Positions 7,889-16,996 are shown, counted from the first letter of the stretch. The stretch: DNA of 32,000 nucleotides from Sinorhizobium meliloti (GCF_017876815.1 NZ_JAGIOS010000001.1:1830001-1862000); one strand, 5' to 3'. Program-made: numbers and translations. The notes: generated from the letters alone by a model not told the origin.

Positions 7889-9109
7889 TCAGCCGCCCGC
7901 GATCTCCGGATCCCAGGTGAAGAGTTCCTTCGCTTTGGCAATGCCGCGGAGCGCAAACCGGCCGAGCGAAACGGCATTCGCGCGATGCTCGACCGGGCAG
8001 GCCGCGATGAATTCCGAGGACATGATCACATGCCGCTCGACTGAGCGGCACATGGCGGAGATGCGGCTCACCTCGTTGACGGCTGGTCCGACGACGGTGA
8101 AATCCAGCCGGTCCTGGCTGCCGATATTGCCATAGAAGACTTCGCCGATGTGCAGCCCGAGATAAACGTCGGTGGTCGGCTTTCCTTCATCGAGCCGCCG
8201 CGCGTTCAACTCCGAAAGCATGACCCGCAGTTGACGCTCGGCCGCGATGGCGGCGCCGCAGGCCTCGGCCGGTTTGCGGCCGTTGAAGATGGCAAGCACT
8301 CCGTCGCCGATAAGCTTCAATACGCTGCCGCCATGATCGTGGACGGCGGTGATCACCATGCCGGAATAGTCGTTCAGAAAGGGGATGACATCCTCCGGCG
8401 CGACGCTGTCGGCTATGCGCGTGTAGTTGCGCAGATCGGAGAACCACATGACCGCTTCGATCCGCTCGGCCGAGCCCCTTTCGATGCTGCCCTCGACGAC
8501 GCGGCGGCCGGCATCCCGGCCGAGATAGACATCCGCAAGCGTCCCGATGATGCGCATGCACGAGGCTGTCTTCACGGCGAGCGCGAGGGTGGGCAACAGC
8601 ACTCTCAGTGCCGCGATGTCCTCCTCACGGAAGCCGGCTTGCCTTTTTGTGGTCCAATAGGAGTACAGGCAGTCCATCTGCCCTATGCGGCCGCGATCGG
8701 TGAAGTGATGTATCATGCTGACGCAGTCGGTGTGGCCCTCTGCCTTGAGCGTGTCGAGCACGGTGAAGGGAATATGCTTCTCCCCGGCAAGGCGGGTGCG
8801 GCGCTCGGTTTCATTGTCCCTTAGCATATGGAAGAAGACGGAGCGCTGCCAGTTGGCCTGAGCCTCGCCGCCGCTGGTCGAGCCGTATTGCACGACCTCG
8901 GGAACCTCGTCGCTTTCGCTGTTCCACTGGAAGGCGCGCCCTTCGAACTCCGGGTGCAGCGTGTCGATGATGCCGAGCGCGCGATCTATGGGCAGGCCCG
9001 CAGCGTGGCACCGGTCACAGAAGCCGGCAAGAAGGTCCTGCTCCTTCAGGCCTCGAATTCCCTCTTCCGACATCCACTGAACGATGTCGCGGATCAGCTG
9101 TTCCTTCAT
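7889..9109 (-). CDS. Class III adenylate cyclase with uncharacterised N-terminal domain
   Basis: C-terminal cyclase homology domain: MWFSDLRNYTRIAD, GSVLKLIGDGVLAIF, GLHIGEVFYGNIGSQDRLDFTVVGPAVNEVSRI (metal Asp residues, Lys/Asp substrate pair, Asn-Arg). I prefer the ATG at 9109 (MKEQLIRDIV...). The longest ORF start at 9190 adds 27 Arg/Gly-rich residues. Confidence 0.85.
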   Translation of the reverse strand: MKEQLIRDIVQWMSEEGIRGLKEQDLLAGFCDRCHAAGLPIDRALGIIDTLHPEFEGRAFQWNSESDEVPEVVQYGSTSGGEAQANWQRSVFFHMLRDNETERRTRLAGEKHIPFTVLDTLKAEGHTDCVSMIHHFTDRGRIGQMDCLYSYWTTKRQAGFREEDIAALRVLLPTLALAVKTASCMRIIGTLADVYLGRDAGRRVVEGSIERGSAERIEAVMWFSDLRNYTRIADSVAPEDVIPFLNDYSGMVITAVHDHGGSVLKLIGDGVLAIFNGRKPAEACGAAIAAERQLRVMLSELNARRLDEGKPTTDVYLGLHIGEVFYGNIGSQDRLDFTVVGPAVNEVSRISAMCRSVERHVIMSSEFIAACPVEHRANAVSLGRFALRGIAKAKELFTWDPEIAGG

Positions 9110-9267
9110 CCTGCATCCCGTCGTGCCGGCGTTACCGCGTCCGGCAACGATCATCACCATCACAGTGCCGCGCCTTGCAGCGGCGCGCAAGGTGGGCCGT
9201 ACGGATCACGCAATGTGCCGCGGACGGGAGGAGGGGAGAGGAGCCGGCTTCATCGCTCGCGAAGCGG

Positions 9268-9741
9268 TCAGCCGGCCGGCACCAGGACCAGGTGATCCAC
9301 GCCGAGGGCGACATTCAGGCCTTCCTGCACCTGGACATTGACCGGTTGCAGCATGAAGGCCTTGTTCGTGCCGCCGGCAATGACCTTGGCGCCGCCACCG
9401 ACTGCGAAGCTCGCATCGGCGCCGACACCGACATATTCGCCAGCCAGCGCAAATTCGTTCAGCGGAGTGCCGGTTTTCGCCAGCACGTCCCAGATCATGA
9501 CGGTTTTGCCGGTGGAGCCGATATCCAGGCCGATCTTGGTGATCTTGCCCGCATAGACCCCTCCAGGCGAGCCATCCGCCGGCGAGAAGGTGCACATCAG
9601 GTTCTTGGTCGAGGTGACGATAAGCCCGGTGCCGCCTTCCGAGCCGCATGTGAGACGCCCGAGCGTGACGTAATTCTGGGCGGCGGCAGCTCCGGAGAGC
9701 GCCGCAAAGGCGATTGCGGTAATGAGGGTCTGTCGAATCAT
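9268..9741 (-). CDS. Secreted DUF992-family protein
   Basis: ATG 9741 preceded by GGAGA. Signal peptide MIRQTLITAIAFAALSGAAAAQ. The mature part (GRLTCGSEGGTGLIVTSTKNLMCTF...VGVGADASFAVGGGAKV) matches my recollection of DUF992. Confidence 0.7.
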   Translation of the reverse strand: MIRQTLITAIAFAALSGAAAAQNYVTLGRLTCGSEGGTGLIVTSTKNLMCTFSPADGSPGGVYAGKITKIGLDIGSTGKTVMIWDVLAKTGTPLNEFALAGEYVGVGADASFAVGGGAKVIAGGTNKAFMLQPVNVQVQEGLNVALGVDHLVLVPAG

Positions 9742-9814
9742 GGCTCGGATCTCCGTGCTGAAGCGTTTCACTGCTCATTCAAACTGTGAAACGCTCGAAC
9801 CCCTTTGAAACTGC

Positions 9815-9856
9815 GCGCTTCCGGACGGAAAACCGCTACGCTTTTCCTGGAAGTGC
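9815..9856. other. Imperfect palindromic stem-loop motif upstream of the DUF992 gene
   Basis: GCGCTTCC-GGAC-GGAAAA-(CCGCTACGC)-TTTTCC-T-GGAAGTGC. This gives an 8-bp helix (one G-T pair), an internal loop, a 6-bp helix and a 9-nt loop. Confidence 0.4.
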
Positions 9857-9914
9857 TCTAGGCCATGGTCAAACGGATTGAATTCAGGATGGTTCCGCAA
9901 CCCTGATCGGCGCA

Positions 9915-9951
9915 GATGAAACGACGACGCCCGCGACAGGGCCGCGGGCGT
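9915..9951 (-). terminator. Intrinsic terminator candidate downstream of the TPR lipoprotein gene
   Basis: ACGCCCGCG-ACAGGGC-CGCGGGCGT forms a 9-bp GC-rich stem (9927-9935 / 9943-9951). On the minus strand it is followed by CGTCGTTTCAT. It lies 30 nt after the stop at 9981. Confidence 0.5.
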
Positions 9952-9980
9952 ATGATGTCCGACGGAGGGTGGGCGAAGTT

Positions 9981-10853
9981 TCAGGACATCGCCTTGGCGC
10001 GGGCAAGGCCGGCACGCGCCGGCTCGTATTTGGGATCGAGCGACAAAGCATGCGAATAGGACTTCGCCGCCTTGGCCTTGTCGCCGCGGCGCTCGTAGAT
10101 CAGCGCCTGGTTCGCCCAGGACTCGGCCAGCTTGCCATTCAGGTTGATGGCAGTGTTGAAGTCGGAGAAGGCGTTGTCGTCGTCGCCCTGCGCCACATAG
10201 GAGATGCCGCGGCCGTTATAGGGTTCGGGTGAGCTCGGCGAGAGCGAGATTGCCTTGGAGAAATCTTCGATAGCCTGCGCGTGCTGATTGCGCGCCTGAT
10301 AGATCAGGCCACGATTGTGGTAGGCGCGGGGGTCTGCCGTATCGAGTTCGATCGCCTTGTTGAAGTCGTTGAAGGCGGCGTCGAGCTGGTTCGCCTGACG
10401 GTAGAGATTGCCGCGGCCGATATAGGCGACATCGTAATTCGGATTGATCTGCAGTGCCGCATTGTAATCCGCAAGAGCGGCCTGCTGGTTGCCCAGGTTG
10501 CGCTGAACCAGCGCCCGATTGGCATAGGCCTGATAGAAGCGCGGGTTGAGCTGGATCGCCTGGTCGAAATCGGCGACCGCCCGGCGAAATTCGCCGGCGC
10601 GCCCGTAGGCCGAGCCGCGCACATTGTAGCCCTCGGGGTCGCTCGGATTGGAGGCAATGACGCTCGAGAGCGAGGCGATGTTTTCTTCCGAGCCCTGAGC
10701 CCGTTCGACGCGGAACATCGATTCGGGCTTGTCGGTCTGGCATCCTGCGATGAGCAGGGCCGAGCCGAGCACGAGAAAGGCGGCAAGCTTCGGCTTGCGC
10801 TGGTGGCGGCGGTTCGCCTCCTCGGTGATGAGGCCGGAGACGTCCGCAGTCAT
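9981..10853 (-). CDS. TPR-repeat lipoprotein
   Basis: Lipobox LLIAGC after a hydrophobic segment (KLAAFLVLGSALLIAGCQTD), followed by about 6 TPR units (AYxNRG/AxxDFxxAIxLxP repeated). Start is uncertain: ATG 10853 is preferred, ATG 10904 is the alternative. Confidence 0.75.
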   Translation of the reverse strand: MTADVSGLITEEANRRHQRKPKLAAFLVLGSALLIAGCQTDKPESMFRVERAQGSEENIASLSSVIASNPSDPEGYNVRGSAYGRAGEFRRAVADFDQAIQLNPRFYQAYANRALVQRNLGNQQAALADYNAALQINPNYDVAYIGRGNLYRQANQLDAAFNDFNKAIELDTADPRAYHNRGLIYQARNQHAQAIEDFSKAISLSPSSPEPYNGRGISYVAQGDDDNAFSDFNTAINLNGKLAESWANQALIYERRGDKAKAAKSYSHALSLDPKYEPARAGLARAKAMS

Positions 10854-10990
10854 GGCAGCAAGTGTCAAAGTCGATCCCTCAATGCGACAAGGCCCGAAAG
10901 CCATCGGCTTTCCGTTTACGGAGCACGCGAGTGCGGCGGCTGACCGTCGCCAGCTGTCACGCTAGACTGTCGACGGACTGGGTGTCCATA

Positions 10991-11024
10991 CCAAAATGGC
11001 GGCGGCGATCCCTCGCCTCCGCCA
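10991..11024 (-). terminator. Rho-independent terminator of rpsU
   Basis: Minus strand reads TGGCGGAGGCGA-GGGA-TCGCCGCCGCCA followed by TTTTGG. This is a 12-bp stem with one mismatch (10997-11008 / 11013-11024), about 30 nt after the rpsU stop. Confidence 0.7.
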
Positions 11025-11055
11025 CTTGCATTGGAAAGCGTCGAAAAAAAGACGA

Positions 11056-11268
11056 TCAGCGGGCCACGATGCCTTCGCGCTGCGCCCGCTTGCGGGCCAG
11101 CTTGCGAACGCGGCGGACGGCTTCTGCCTTTTCGCGCGCACGCTTCTGGGACGGCTTTTCGTAGAAGTCACGCATCTTCATTTCGCGGAAAATGCCTTCG
11201 CGCTGCATCTTTTTCTTAAGAGCGCGGAGCGCCTGATCGACATTGTTATCGCGGACAAGTACCTGCAC
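11056..11268 (-). CDS. rpsU: 30S ribosomal protein S21
   Basis: GTG start at 11268, with AAGGAA 10 nt upstream. The 70-aa product (V)[69 protein letters not shown] is a textbook S21. The 207-aa ORF-track version is an upstream read-through artefact. Confidence 0.95.
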   Translation of the reverse strand: MQVLVRDNNVDQALRALKKKMQREGIFREMKMRDFYEKPSQKRAREKAEAVRRVRKLARKRAQREGIVAR

Positions 11269-11573
11269 GTGAATCCCGTTCCTTTGCTTCGAGTTGGTAA
11301 GCCTCACCATCAGGTTTGGAGAGGCAATAAATTTGCGTTCGCTGGGCGAGAACCCTACGATTAGAAGAGCGGATAACAGATCGCGTGCCGAAAGTCCAGC
11401 GGCGAGAGAGCGCGCGTGGGGAAAAAGCGCCGATGGCTCTGCGGCGGCGGCCGTCGATGTCGCAAGACCGCGCAAGTCCGCCGGATCGCGTCGCAAAAGA
11501 AACGTTGCGTGGTCCTCGGATTTGCGATTTCTAACGCCAACGAACGTTACCGGGTTCATGGAGTAGCAGGCGG

Positions 11574-12827
11574 ATGCGCAAATATTCTGTTTTTGCCGTG
11601 GCGCGCGAGGCGCTGCGCGGCCACAAGGGGTGGGGCCCGCACTGGGCTTCGCCGGAGCCGCGCAAGCAATATGACGCAATCATCATAGGCGGCGGCGGTC
11701 ATGGCCTCGGCGCCGCCTATTATCTCGCCAAAGAGCACGGCATCACCAATGTCGCCGTGCTCGAGAAGGGCTGGATCGGCGGCGGCAACACCGGCCGCAA
11801 CACGACGATCATCCGGTCCAACTATCTCTATGAAGAGAGCATGGACATCTACGAGCATTCGCTGAAGCTCTGGGAAAACCTGTCGCAGGACCTGAACTAC
11901 AACGTCATGTATTCGCCGCGCGGCGTGATGATGCTGTCGCACAACATCCATGACCAGCAGTCCTTCAAGCGTCACATCAATGCCAACCGGCTCTACGGCA
12001 TCGACAATGAATGGCTGACGCCGGAACAGGCCAAGGCCTACTGCCCGCCGCTCGACATATCGAAGACTGCCCGCTACCCGATCAACGGCGCGGCACTGCA
12101 GCGCCGCGGCGGCACTGCGCGCCATGATGCGGTCGCCTGGGGCTATGCGCGCGCGGCTTCGGATCGCGGCGTCCACATCATCCAGAATTGCGAAGTGACC
12201 GGCATCCGCCGCGACGAAACCGGCCGCGTGACCGGCGTCGATACCAATCGCGGCTTCATCGGCGCGAAGAAGGTCGGCATCTCTGCTGCGGGCCACTCGT
12301 CGGTCCTGATGCAGATGGCGGATGTGCGCGTGCCGCTGCAGAGCCAGCCGCTGCAGGCGCTCGTCTCCGAGCCCTTGAAGCCGATCTTCCCCTGCGTTGT
12401 CATGTCGAACTCCGTGCATGCCTATATCTCGCAGTCGGACAAGGGCGAGTTCGTCATCGGCGCCGGCACCGACCAGTACAATTCCTACTCGCAGACCGGC
12501 GGCCTGCAGATCATCACGCATACGCTGGATGCGATCTGCGAGCTTTTCCCGATGTTCCGCCGCGTCAAGATGATGCGGCAATGGGGCGGCATCGTCGACG
12601 TCACTCAGGATCGTTCGCCGATCCAGGGCGTGACGCCGGTGCCCGGGCTCTACCTCAATGCCGGCTGGGGAACGGGCGGCTTCAAGGCGACGCCGGGTTC
12701 GGCCAATCTCTTTGCCCATCTCATCGCGCGCGGCGAGCCGCACCGGCTTGCCGCGGGGCTCACGCTCGAGCGCTTCCGCACCGGGCGGCTCATCGACGAG
12801 GCAGCCGCGGCCGCCGTTGCGCACTAA
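11574..12827 (+). CDS. soxB: Sarcosine oxidase beta subunit (FAD)
   Basis: 417-aa ORF. FAD fold [23 protein letters not shown] and [16 protein letters not shown]. First gene of the soxBDAG order. Confidence 0.9.
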   Translation: MRKYSVFAVAREALRGHKGWGPHWASPEPRKQYDAIIIGGGGHGLGAAYYLAKEHGITNVAVLEKGWIGGGNTGRNTTIIRSNYLYEESMDIYEHSLKLWENLSQDLNYNVMYSPRGVMMLSHNIHDQQSFKRHINANRLYGIDNEWLTPEQAKAYCPPLDISKTARYPINGAALQRRGGTARHDAVAWGYARAASDRGVHIIQNCEVTGIRRDETGRVTGVDTNRGFIGAKKVGISAAGHSSVLMQMADVRVPLQSQPLQALVSEPLKPIFPCVVMSNSVHAYISQSDKGEFVIGAGTDQYNSYSQTGGLQIITHTLDAICELFPMFRRVKMMRQWGGIVDVTQDRSPIQGVTPVPGLYLNAGWGTGGFKATPGSANLFAHLIARGEPHRLAAGLTLERFRTGRLIDEAAAAAVAH

Positions 12828-12941
12828 AGCATGATCCGACGGAGCGAAGCGAAGATCGATGATTACGCTTCAGAGAAAAGAACGTAGAGCGGCCTTGCGC
12901 CTTCCAAGAAAGGTGCGGCGCTCTGATCGAGGACATTCCAG

Positions 12942-13283
12942 ATGCTTCTGATTTACTGCCCCTATTGCGAGGAAGAGCGCTCGGAGCTCGAATTCCGCAA
13001 TGCCGGCGATGCCCATATCGTCAGACCGGCCAACATCGCCGAGATCAGCGACGAGGAGTTCGAGGAATACTTCTTCCTCCGTCAGAATCCGAAAGGGCTG
13101 ATCTATGAAAGGTGGCGGCATATCCACGGCTGCGGTCGCTTCTTCAATGCGGCCCGCGATACCGTGAGCGACCGCTTCCACGTGACCTACAAGGCCGGTG
13201 AGCCGAGGCCGGATCTTAACGCCGAGCCGAAGACGAGCGAAACGGTCGAGACCTACGAGGCGCTGGAAGGAGTGGCAGAATGA
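12942..13283 (+). CDS. soxD: Sarcosine oxidase delta subunit
   Basis: 113-aa ORF, MLLIYCPYCEEERSELEFRNAGDAHIVRP...HIHGC (Cys3His zinc-site pattern). GAGGA lies 8 nt upstream. ATGA overlap with soxA. Confidence 0.9.
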   Translation: MLLIYCPYCEEERSELEFRNAGDAHIVRPANIAEISDEEFEEYFFLRQNPKGLIYERWRHIHGCGRFFNAARDTVSDRFHVTYKAGEPRPDLNAEPKTSETVETYEALEGVAE

Positions 13284-16273
13284 CCGGGGTCAACCGAATT
13301 TCGGGCGCCGGGCGCCTGACGCCGGCGCGCACCGCCCGCTTCACCTTCGACGGCCGGACGCTGACGGCGCTCGAGGGCGACACGATCGCCTCGGCGCTCA
13401 TCGCCAACGACATCCATCTCGTCGGCCGCTCGTTCAAATATCACCGCCCGCGCGGCATTCTTTCAGCAGGCGCCGAAGAGCCGAATGCGCTGCTCGACGT
13501 TTCGCGCGATGCCGCGCGCCGGCAGCCGAACGTCCGCGCCACCGTGCAGGAAGTCTTCGACGGCATGAAGGTGTTGTCGCAGAACCGTTGGCCGTCGCTC
13601 GCCTTCGACGTCGGCGGCTTCAACGATCTCCTGTCGCCCTTCTTCGCCGCGGGCTTCTACTACAAGACCTTCATGTGGCCGAAGGCCGCCTGGCACAAGC
13701 TCTACGAGCCTTTCATCCGCCGCGCCGCCGGTCTCGGCGTCGCGCCCGCGGAGCCCGATCCGGATCATTATTCAAGCCGCTACGTCCATTGCGACGTGCT
13801 GGTGGTCGGCGCCGGCGCTGCGGGACTTTCGGCCGCACTTGCGGCCGCGAATGCCGGTGCGAAGGTGATCCTGTGCGACGAGCAGCCGGCTGTCGGCGGC
13901 GCCCTGCATTACGACAGCGGCACCATGATCGACGGCAAGCCAGGCTATGACTGGGCGCTGGCGACGGGCAGGGCGCTTGTGGCGATGGACAATGTCACGC
14001 TGCTGACCCGCACGACGGCCTTCGGTTACTACAACCACAATTTCGTCGGCCTCGTCGAGCGAGTGACGGACCACCTCCCGGCTCCCGATAAGGGGCTTCC
14101 GCGCGAGCGTCTGTGGCAGGTGCGCGCGAAGAAGGTCATTCTCGCCAATGGCGCGATCGAGCGCCACATGGTCTTCGCCAACAACGACCGCCCTGGAATC
14201 ATGCTGGCCTCGGCCGGCCGCACCTATCTCAACCATTTCGGCGTCGCAGTCGGCAAGAAGGTGGGCATCTATACGGCCCATGATTCCGCCTATGAGGCGG
14301 CCTTCGACCTGAGGAAGGCCGGCATCGATGTCCCCGTGATCGTCGACTGCCGCGACAAGCCGGGCGACATGGTGCTCGCGGAAGCCCGCAGCCTCGGCAT
14401 CGAGGTGCTGAGCGGCCACTCGGTCGTCAATACCGCCGGCAAGCTCAGGATCGCATCCATGAGTGTCGCTCGCAACGGCGGCGGAGCATCCCGCAAGATC
14501 GCGGTCGACGCACTGCTCGTCTCGGCCGGATGGACCCCCTCGGTGCATCTCTTCTCGCAGTCTCGCGGCAAGGTGACATTCGACGCGGCGACGGAGCGGT
14601 TCCTGCCGGGAACCTATGCACAGGAATGCCTGTCCGTCGGCGCCTGCAACGGCACGGACGACCTGCAGGCGACGATCGACGAGGCGCTTGCCGCCGGTGA
14701 ACTGGCGGCCCGTGCCGCGGGTGCGGAAGGCGGCGCGCAGGTCGCGCTCTCCGGCCGCAACGCCTTCGAATGGACGGGCGGCATGATCGGCGCGGCGGAA
14801 GGCGCGGGTGCGGATAAGACGGTCAAGGCCTTCATCGACTTCCAGCACGACGTCTGCGCCAAGGACATCCGTCTCGCGGTGCGCGAAGGAATGCATTCGA
14901 TCGAGCACATCAAGCGCTTCACCACCAACGGCATGGCTTCCGACCAGGGCAAGCTTTCCAACATGCACGGTCTCGCGATCGCGGCGGAAGCGCTCGGCAA
15001 GGAAATCCCCCAGGTGGGGCTCACGACCTTCCGCCAGCCCTATACGCCGGTGACCTTCGGGACGATCGTCAGCCACTCGCGCGGAAGCCTCTTCGATCCG
15101 GCGCGCAAGACGCCCATCCATGCCTGGGAGGAGGCGCATGGCGCCGAGTTCGAGGATGTCGGCAACTGGAAGCGCGCCTGGTTCTATCCGAAGGCGGGCG
15201 AGAATATGCATGAGGCGGTCGCGCGCGAGTGCAAGACCGTTCGCGAAGCGGCCGGCGTCTTCGACGCATCGACCCTCGGCAAGATCGAGGTGGTCGGCCC
15301 GGATGCCGCCGAGTTCCTGAACCTCATGTACACCAACGCCTGGGACAATCTGAAGCCCGGCCGCTGCCGCTACGGCATCATGCTGCGCGACGACGGCTTC
15401 GTCTACGACGACGGTGTCGTCGGCCGGCTTGCGGAAGATCGCTTCCATGTGACGACGACGACCGGCGGCGCGCCGCGCGTCCTCCACCACATGGAGGACT
15501 ATCTCCAGACGGAGTTCCCGCATCTGAAGGTGTGGCTGACCTCGACGACCGAGCAATGGGCGGTCATCGCGGTGCAGGGTCCGAAGGCACGCGAGATCAT
15601 CGCGCCGCTCGTCGAGGGCATCGATCTCTCGAACGAAGCCTTCCCCCATATGAGCGTTGCCGAAGGCCGCATTTGCGGTGTGCCGACCAGGCTCTTCCGC
15701 ATGTCGTTCACCGGCGAGCTCGGCTTCGAGGTCAACGTACCGGCCGATTACGGCCAGGCCGTGTGGGAGGCGATCTGGGCACGGGCCGAGCCGATGGGCG
15801 CCTGCGCCTACGGCACCGAGACCATGCACGTGCTGCGCGCCGAAAAAGGCTACATCATCGTCGGCCAGGATACGGACGGAACCCTCACGCCGGACGATGC
15901 CGGCCTCTCCTGGGCGGTATCGAAGAAGAAGCAGGACTTCGTCGGCATTCGCGGCATGAAGCGCCCCGACCTCGTCAAGGAAGGCCGCAAGCAGCTCGTC
16001 GGCCTCCTCACGAAGGACCCGCAGGTGGTGCTGGAGGAGGGGGCGCAGATCGTTGCCGATCCGAACGAACCGAAGCCGATGACCATGCTCGGTCATGTGA
16101 CCTCGTCCTACTGGTCGCCGAACTGCGGCCGCTCGATCGCGCTCGCGGTCGTCGCCGGCGGCCGCGCGCGCCTCGGCCAGACGCTCTACGTGCCGATGGC
16201 CGACCGGACGATCGCCGTCGAGGTGAGCGACATGGTGTTCTTTGACAAGGAAGGAGGTCGCCTCCATGGCTGA
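13280..16273 (+). CDS. soxA: Sarcosine oxidase alpha subunit
   Basis: 997-aa ORF. N-terminal 2Fe-2S-like fold, NAD/FAD dinucleotide motif DVLVVGAGAAGLSAALAAANAGAKVILCDE, and a C-terminal aminomethyltransferase (T-protein)-like folate-binding half. Confidence 0.95.
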   Translation: MTGVNRISGAGRLTPARTARFTFDGRTLTALEGDTIASALIANDIHLVGRSFKYHRPRGILSAGAEEPNALLDVSRDAARRQPNVRATVQEVFDGMKVLSQNRWPSLAFDVGGFNDLLSPFFAAGFYYKTFMWPKAAWHKLYEPFIRRAAGLGVAPAEPDPDHYSSRYVHCDVLVVGAGAAGLSAALAAANAGAKVILCDEQPAVGGALHYDSGTMIDGKPGYDWALATGRALVAMDNVTLLTRTTAFGYYNHNFVGLVERVTDHLPAPDKGLPRERLWQVRAKKVILANGAIERHMVFANNDRPGIMLASAGRTYLNHFGVAVGKKVGIYTAHDSAYEAAFDLRKAGIDVPVIVDCRDKPGDMVLAEARSLGIEVLSGHSVVNTAGKLRIASMSVARNGGGASRKIAVDALLVSAGWTPSVHLFSQSRGKVTFDAATERFLPGTYAQECLSVGACNGTDDLQATIDEALAAGELAARAAGAEGGAQVALSGRNAFEWTGGMIGAAEGAGADKTVKAFIDFQHDVCAKDIRLAVREGMHSIEHIKRFTTNGMASDQGKLSNMHGLAIAAEALGKEIPQVGLTTFRQPYTPVTFGTIVSHSRGSLFDPARKTPIHAWEEAHGAEFEDVGNWKRAWFYPKAGENMHEAVARECKTVREAAGVFDASTLGKIEVVGPDAAEFLNLMYTNAWDNLKPGRCRYGIMLRDDGFVYDDGVVGRLAEDRFHVTTTTGGAPRVLHHMEDYLQTEFPHLKVWLTSTTEQWAVIAVQGPKAREIIAPLVEGIDLSNEAFPHMSVAEGRICGVPTRLFRMSFTGELGFEVNVPADYGQAVWEAIWARAEPMGACAYGTETMHVLRAEKGYIIVGQDTDGTLTPDDAGLSWAVSKKKQDFVGIRGMKRPDLVKEGRKQLVGLLTKDPQVVLEEGAQIVADPNEPKPMTMLGHVTSSYWSPNCGRSIALAVVAGGRARLGQTLYVPMADRTIAVEVSDMVFFDKEGGRLHG

Positions 16274-16820
16274 CCAGGCAATCGCTACCCGCAAAGCCCC
16301 GCTTGCCGGCCGCCGTGGCGGCTCGCCGGCGGCAATCCTGACGCCGGCGGAGCCGGCCTCGCGCGTATCGCTGCGCGCCGGGGCCGACGCGGTTCCCGCA
16401 CTCTCGGCCGCGCTCGGCGTGACCATTCCCGTGCGGCCCAAGACGTCCGCCTCGACCGGCCGGCGTCATGTTCTCTGGCTCGGTCCCGATGAGTGGCTGG
16501 TGATCGACGAGGACGGTGCCGACCTGATGGCGGCGGCGGCCTCGAGCGGGACGGTGCACGCGGCCGTCGACGTTTCGCACCGGAACACGGCCGTCATCGT
16601 CAGCGGGCCGGGCGCGGAAGCGGCAATCAACAGCGGCTGCCCGCAGGACCTTTCGCTCTCCATTTTCCCCGTCGGAGCCTGCTCGCGCACGATCTTCGGC
16701 AAGGCGGAAATCGTTCTCTTCCGAACCGCCGAGGATACGTTCCGTGTCGAGTGCTGGCGGTCGTTCTCGCCCTTCGTGTTCGGGCTGCTGGCCGAAGGCG
16801 CGGAAGAAGCGGGGCACTGA
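16266..16820 (+). CDS. soxG: Sarcosine oxidase gamma subunit
   Basis: ATG 16266 preceded by GGAGG and overlapping the soxA stop (ATGGCTGA). The 184-aa product is in the expected position and of the expected size. The ORF-track start at 16242 lies inside soxA. Confidence 0.8.
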   Translation: MADQAIATRKAPLAGRRGGSPAAILTPAEPASRVSLRAGADAVPALSAALGVTIPVRPKTSASTGRRHVLWLGPDEWLVIDEDGADLMAAAASSGTVHAAVDVSHRNTAVIVSGPGAEAAINSGCPQDLSLSIFPVGACSRTIFGKAEIVLFRTAEDTFRVECWRSFSPFVFGLLAEGAEEAGH

Positions 16821-16833
16821 CGGGCAAATTCCG

Positions 16834-16996
16834 GCCCCTCATCCGGCCTGCCGGCCACCTTCTCCCCGCAAGCGGGGCGAAGGAGACTCGTAGCAAGCTC
16901 CAATTCCTTTCTCACCCGTAGTAAGGGGACGAGGCGGTGCAGCATCTCCCTTCTCCCGTAAAGCGGGGAGAAGGTGGCGGCAGCCGGATGAGGGGC
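16834..16996. repeat. Composite palindromic intergenic element (REP/RIME/MITE-like), copy B
   Basis: A 36-nt left terminal repeat (16834-16869) and a 34-nt right terminal repeat (16963-16996) are inverted copies differing only by two single-base indels. Each is followed, on its inner side, by a CTCCCCGC-type hairpin. The spacer between the terminal repeats is 93 nt. ATTCC occurs at 16828-16832 and 16997-17001. Confidence 0.8.

Noticed and set aside
7797-8135. 112-aa ORF beginning MASPLPACGERVRVRGF
   Set aside because: Its N-terminus is simply the translation of the palindromic repeat arm, and the rest runs antisense into the 3' end of the adenylate cyclase gene. This is a classic repeat-seeded false ORF.
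9110-9267. Possible terminator hairpin (CGCGCC-GCTGCAA-GGCGCG) between the DUF992 and cyclase genes
   Set aside because: The stem is only 6 bp, no U-tract follows, and several alternative pairings are possible. This is not strong enough to call.
11269-11679. 207-aa version of the rpsU ORF
   Set aside because: S21 is about 70 aa. The upstream 137 codons are open reading frame by chance only, and they run into the soxB start region. GTG 11268 with AAGGAA upstream reproduces the canonical S21 N-terminus.
13772-16441. 889-aa ORF antisense to soxA
   Set aside because: It is entirely overlapped by soxA, which carries clear family motifs. Its translation is Arg/Ala/Gly/Asp-rich low complexity, typical of shadow frames in 62% GC DNA, and no domain motif is recognisable.
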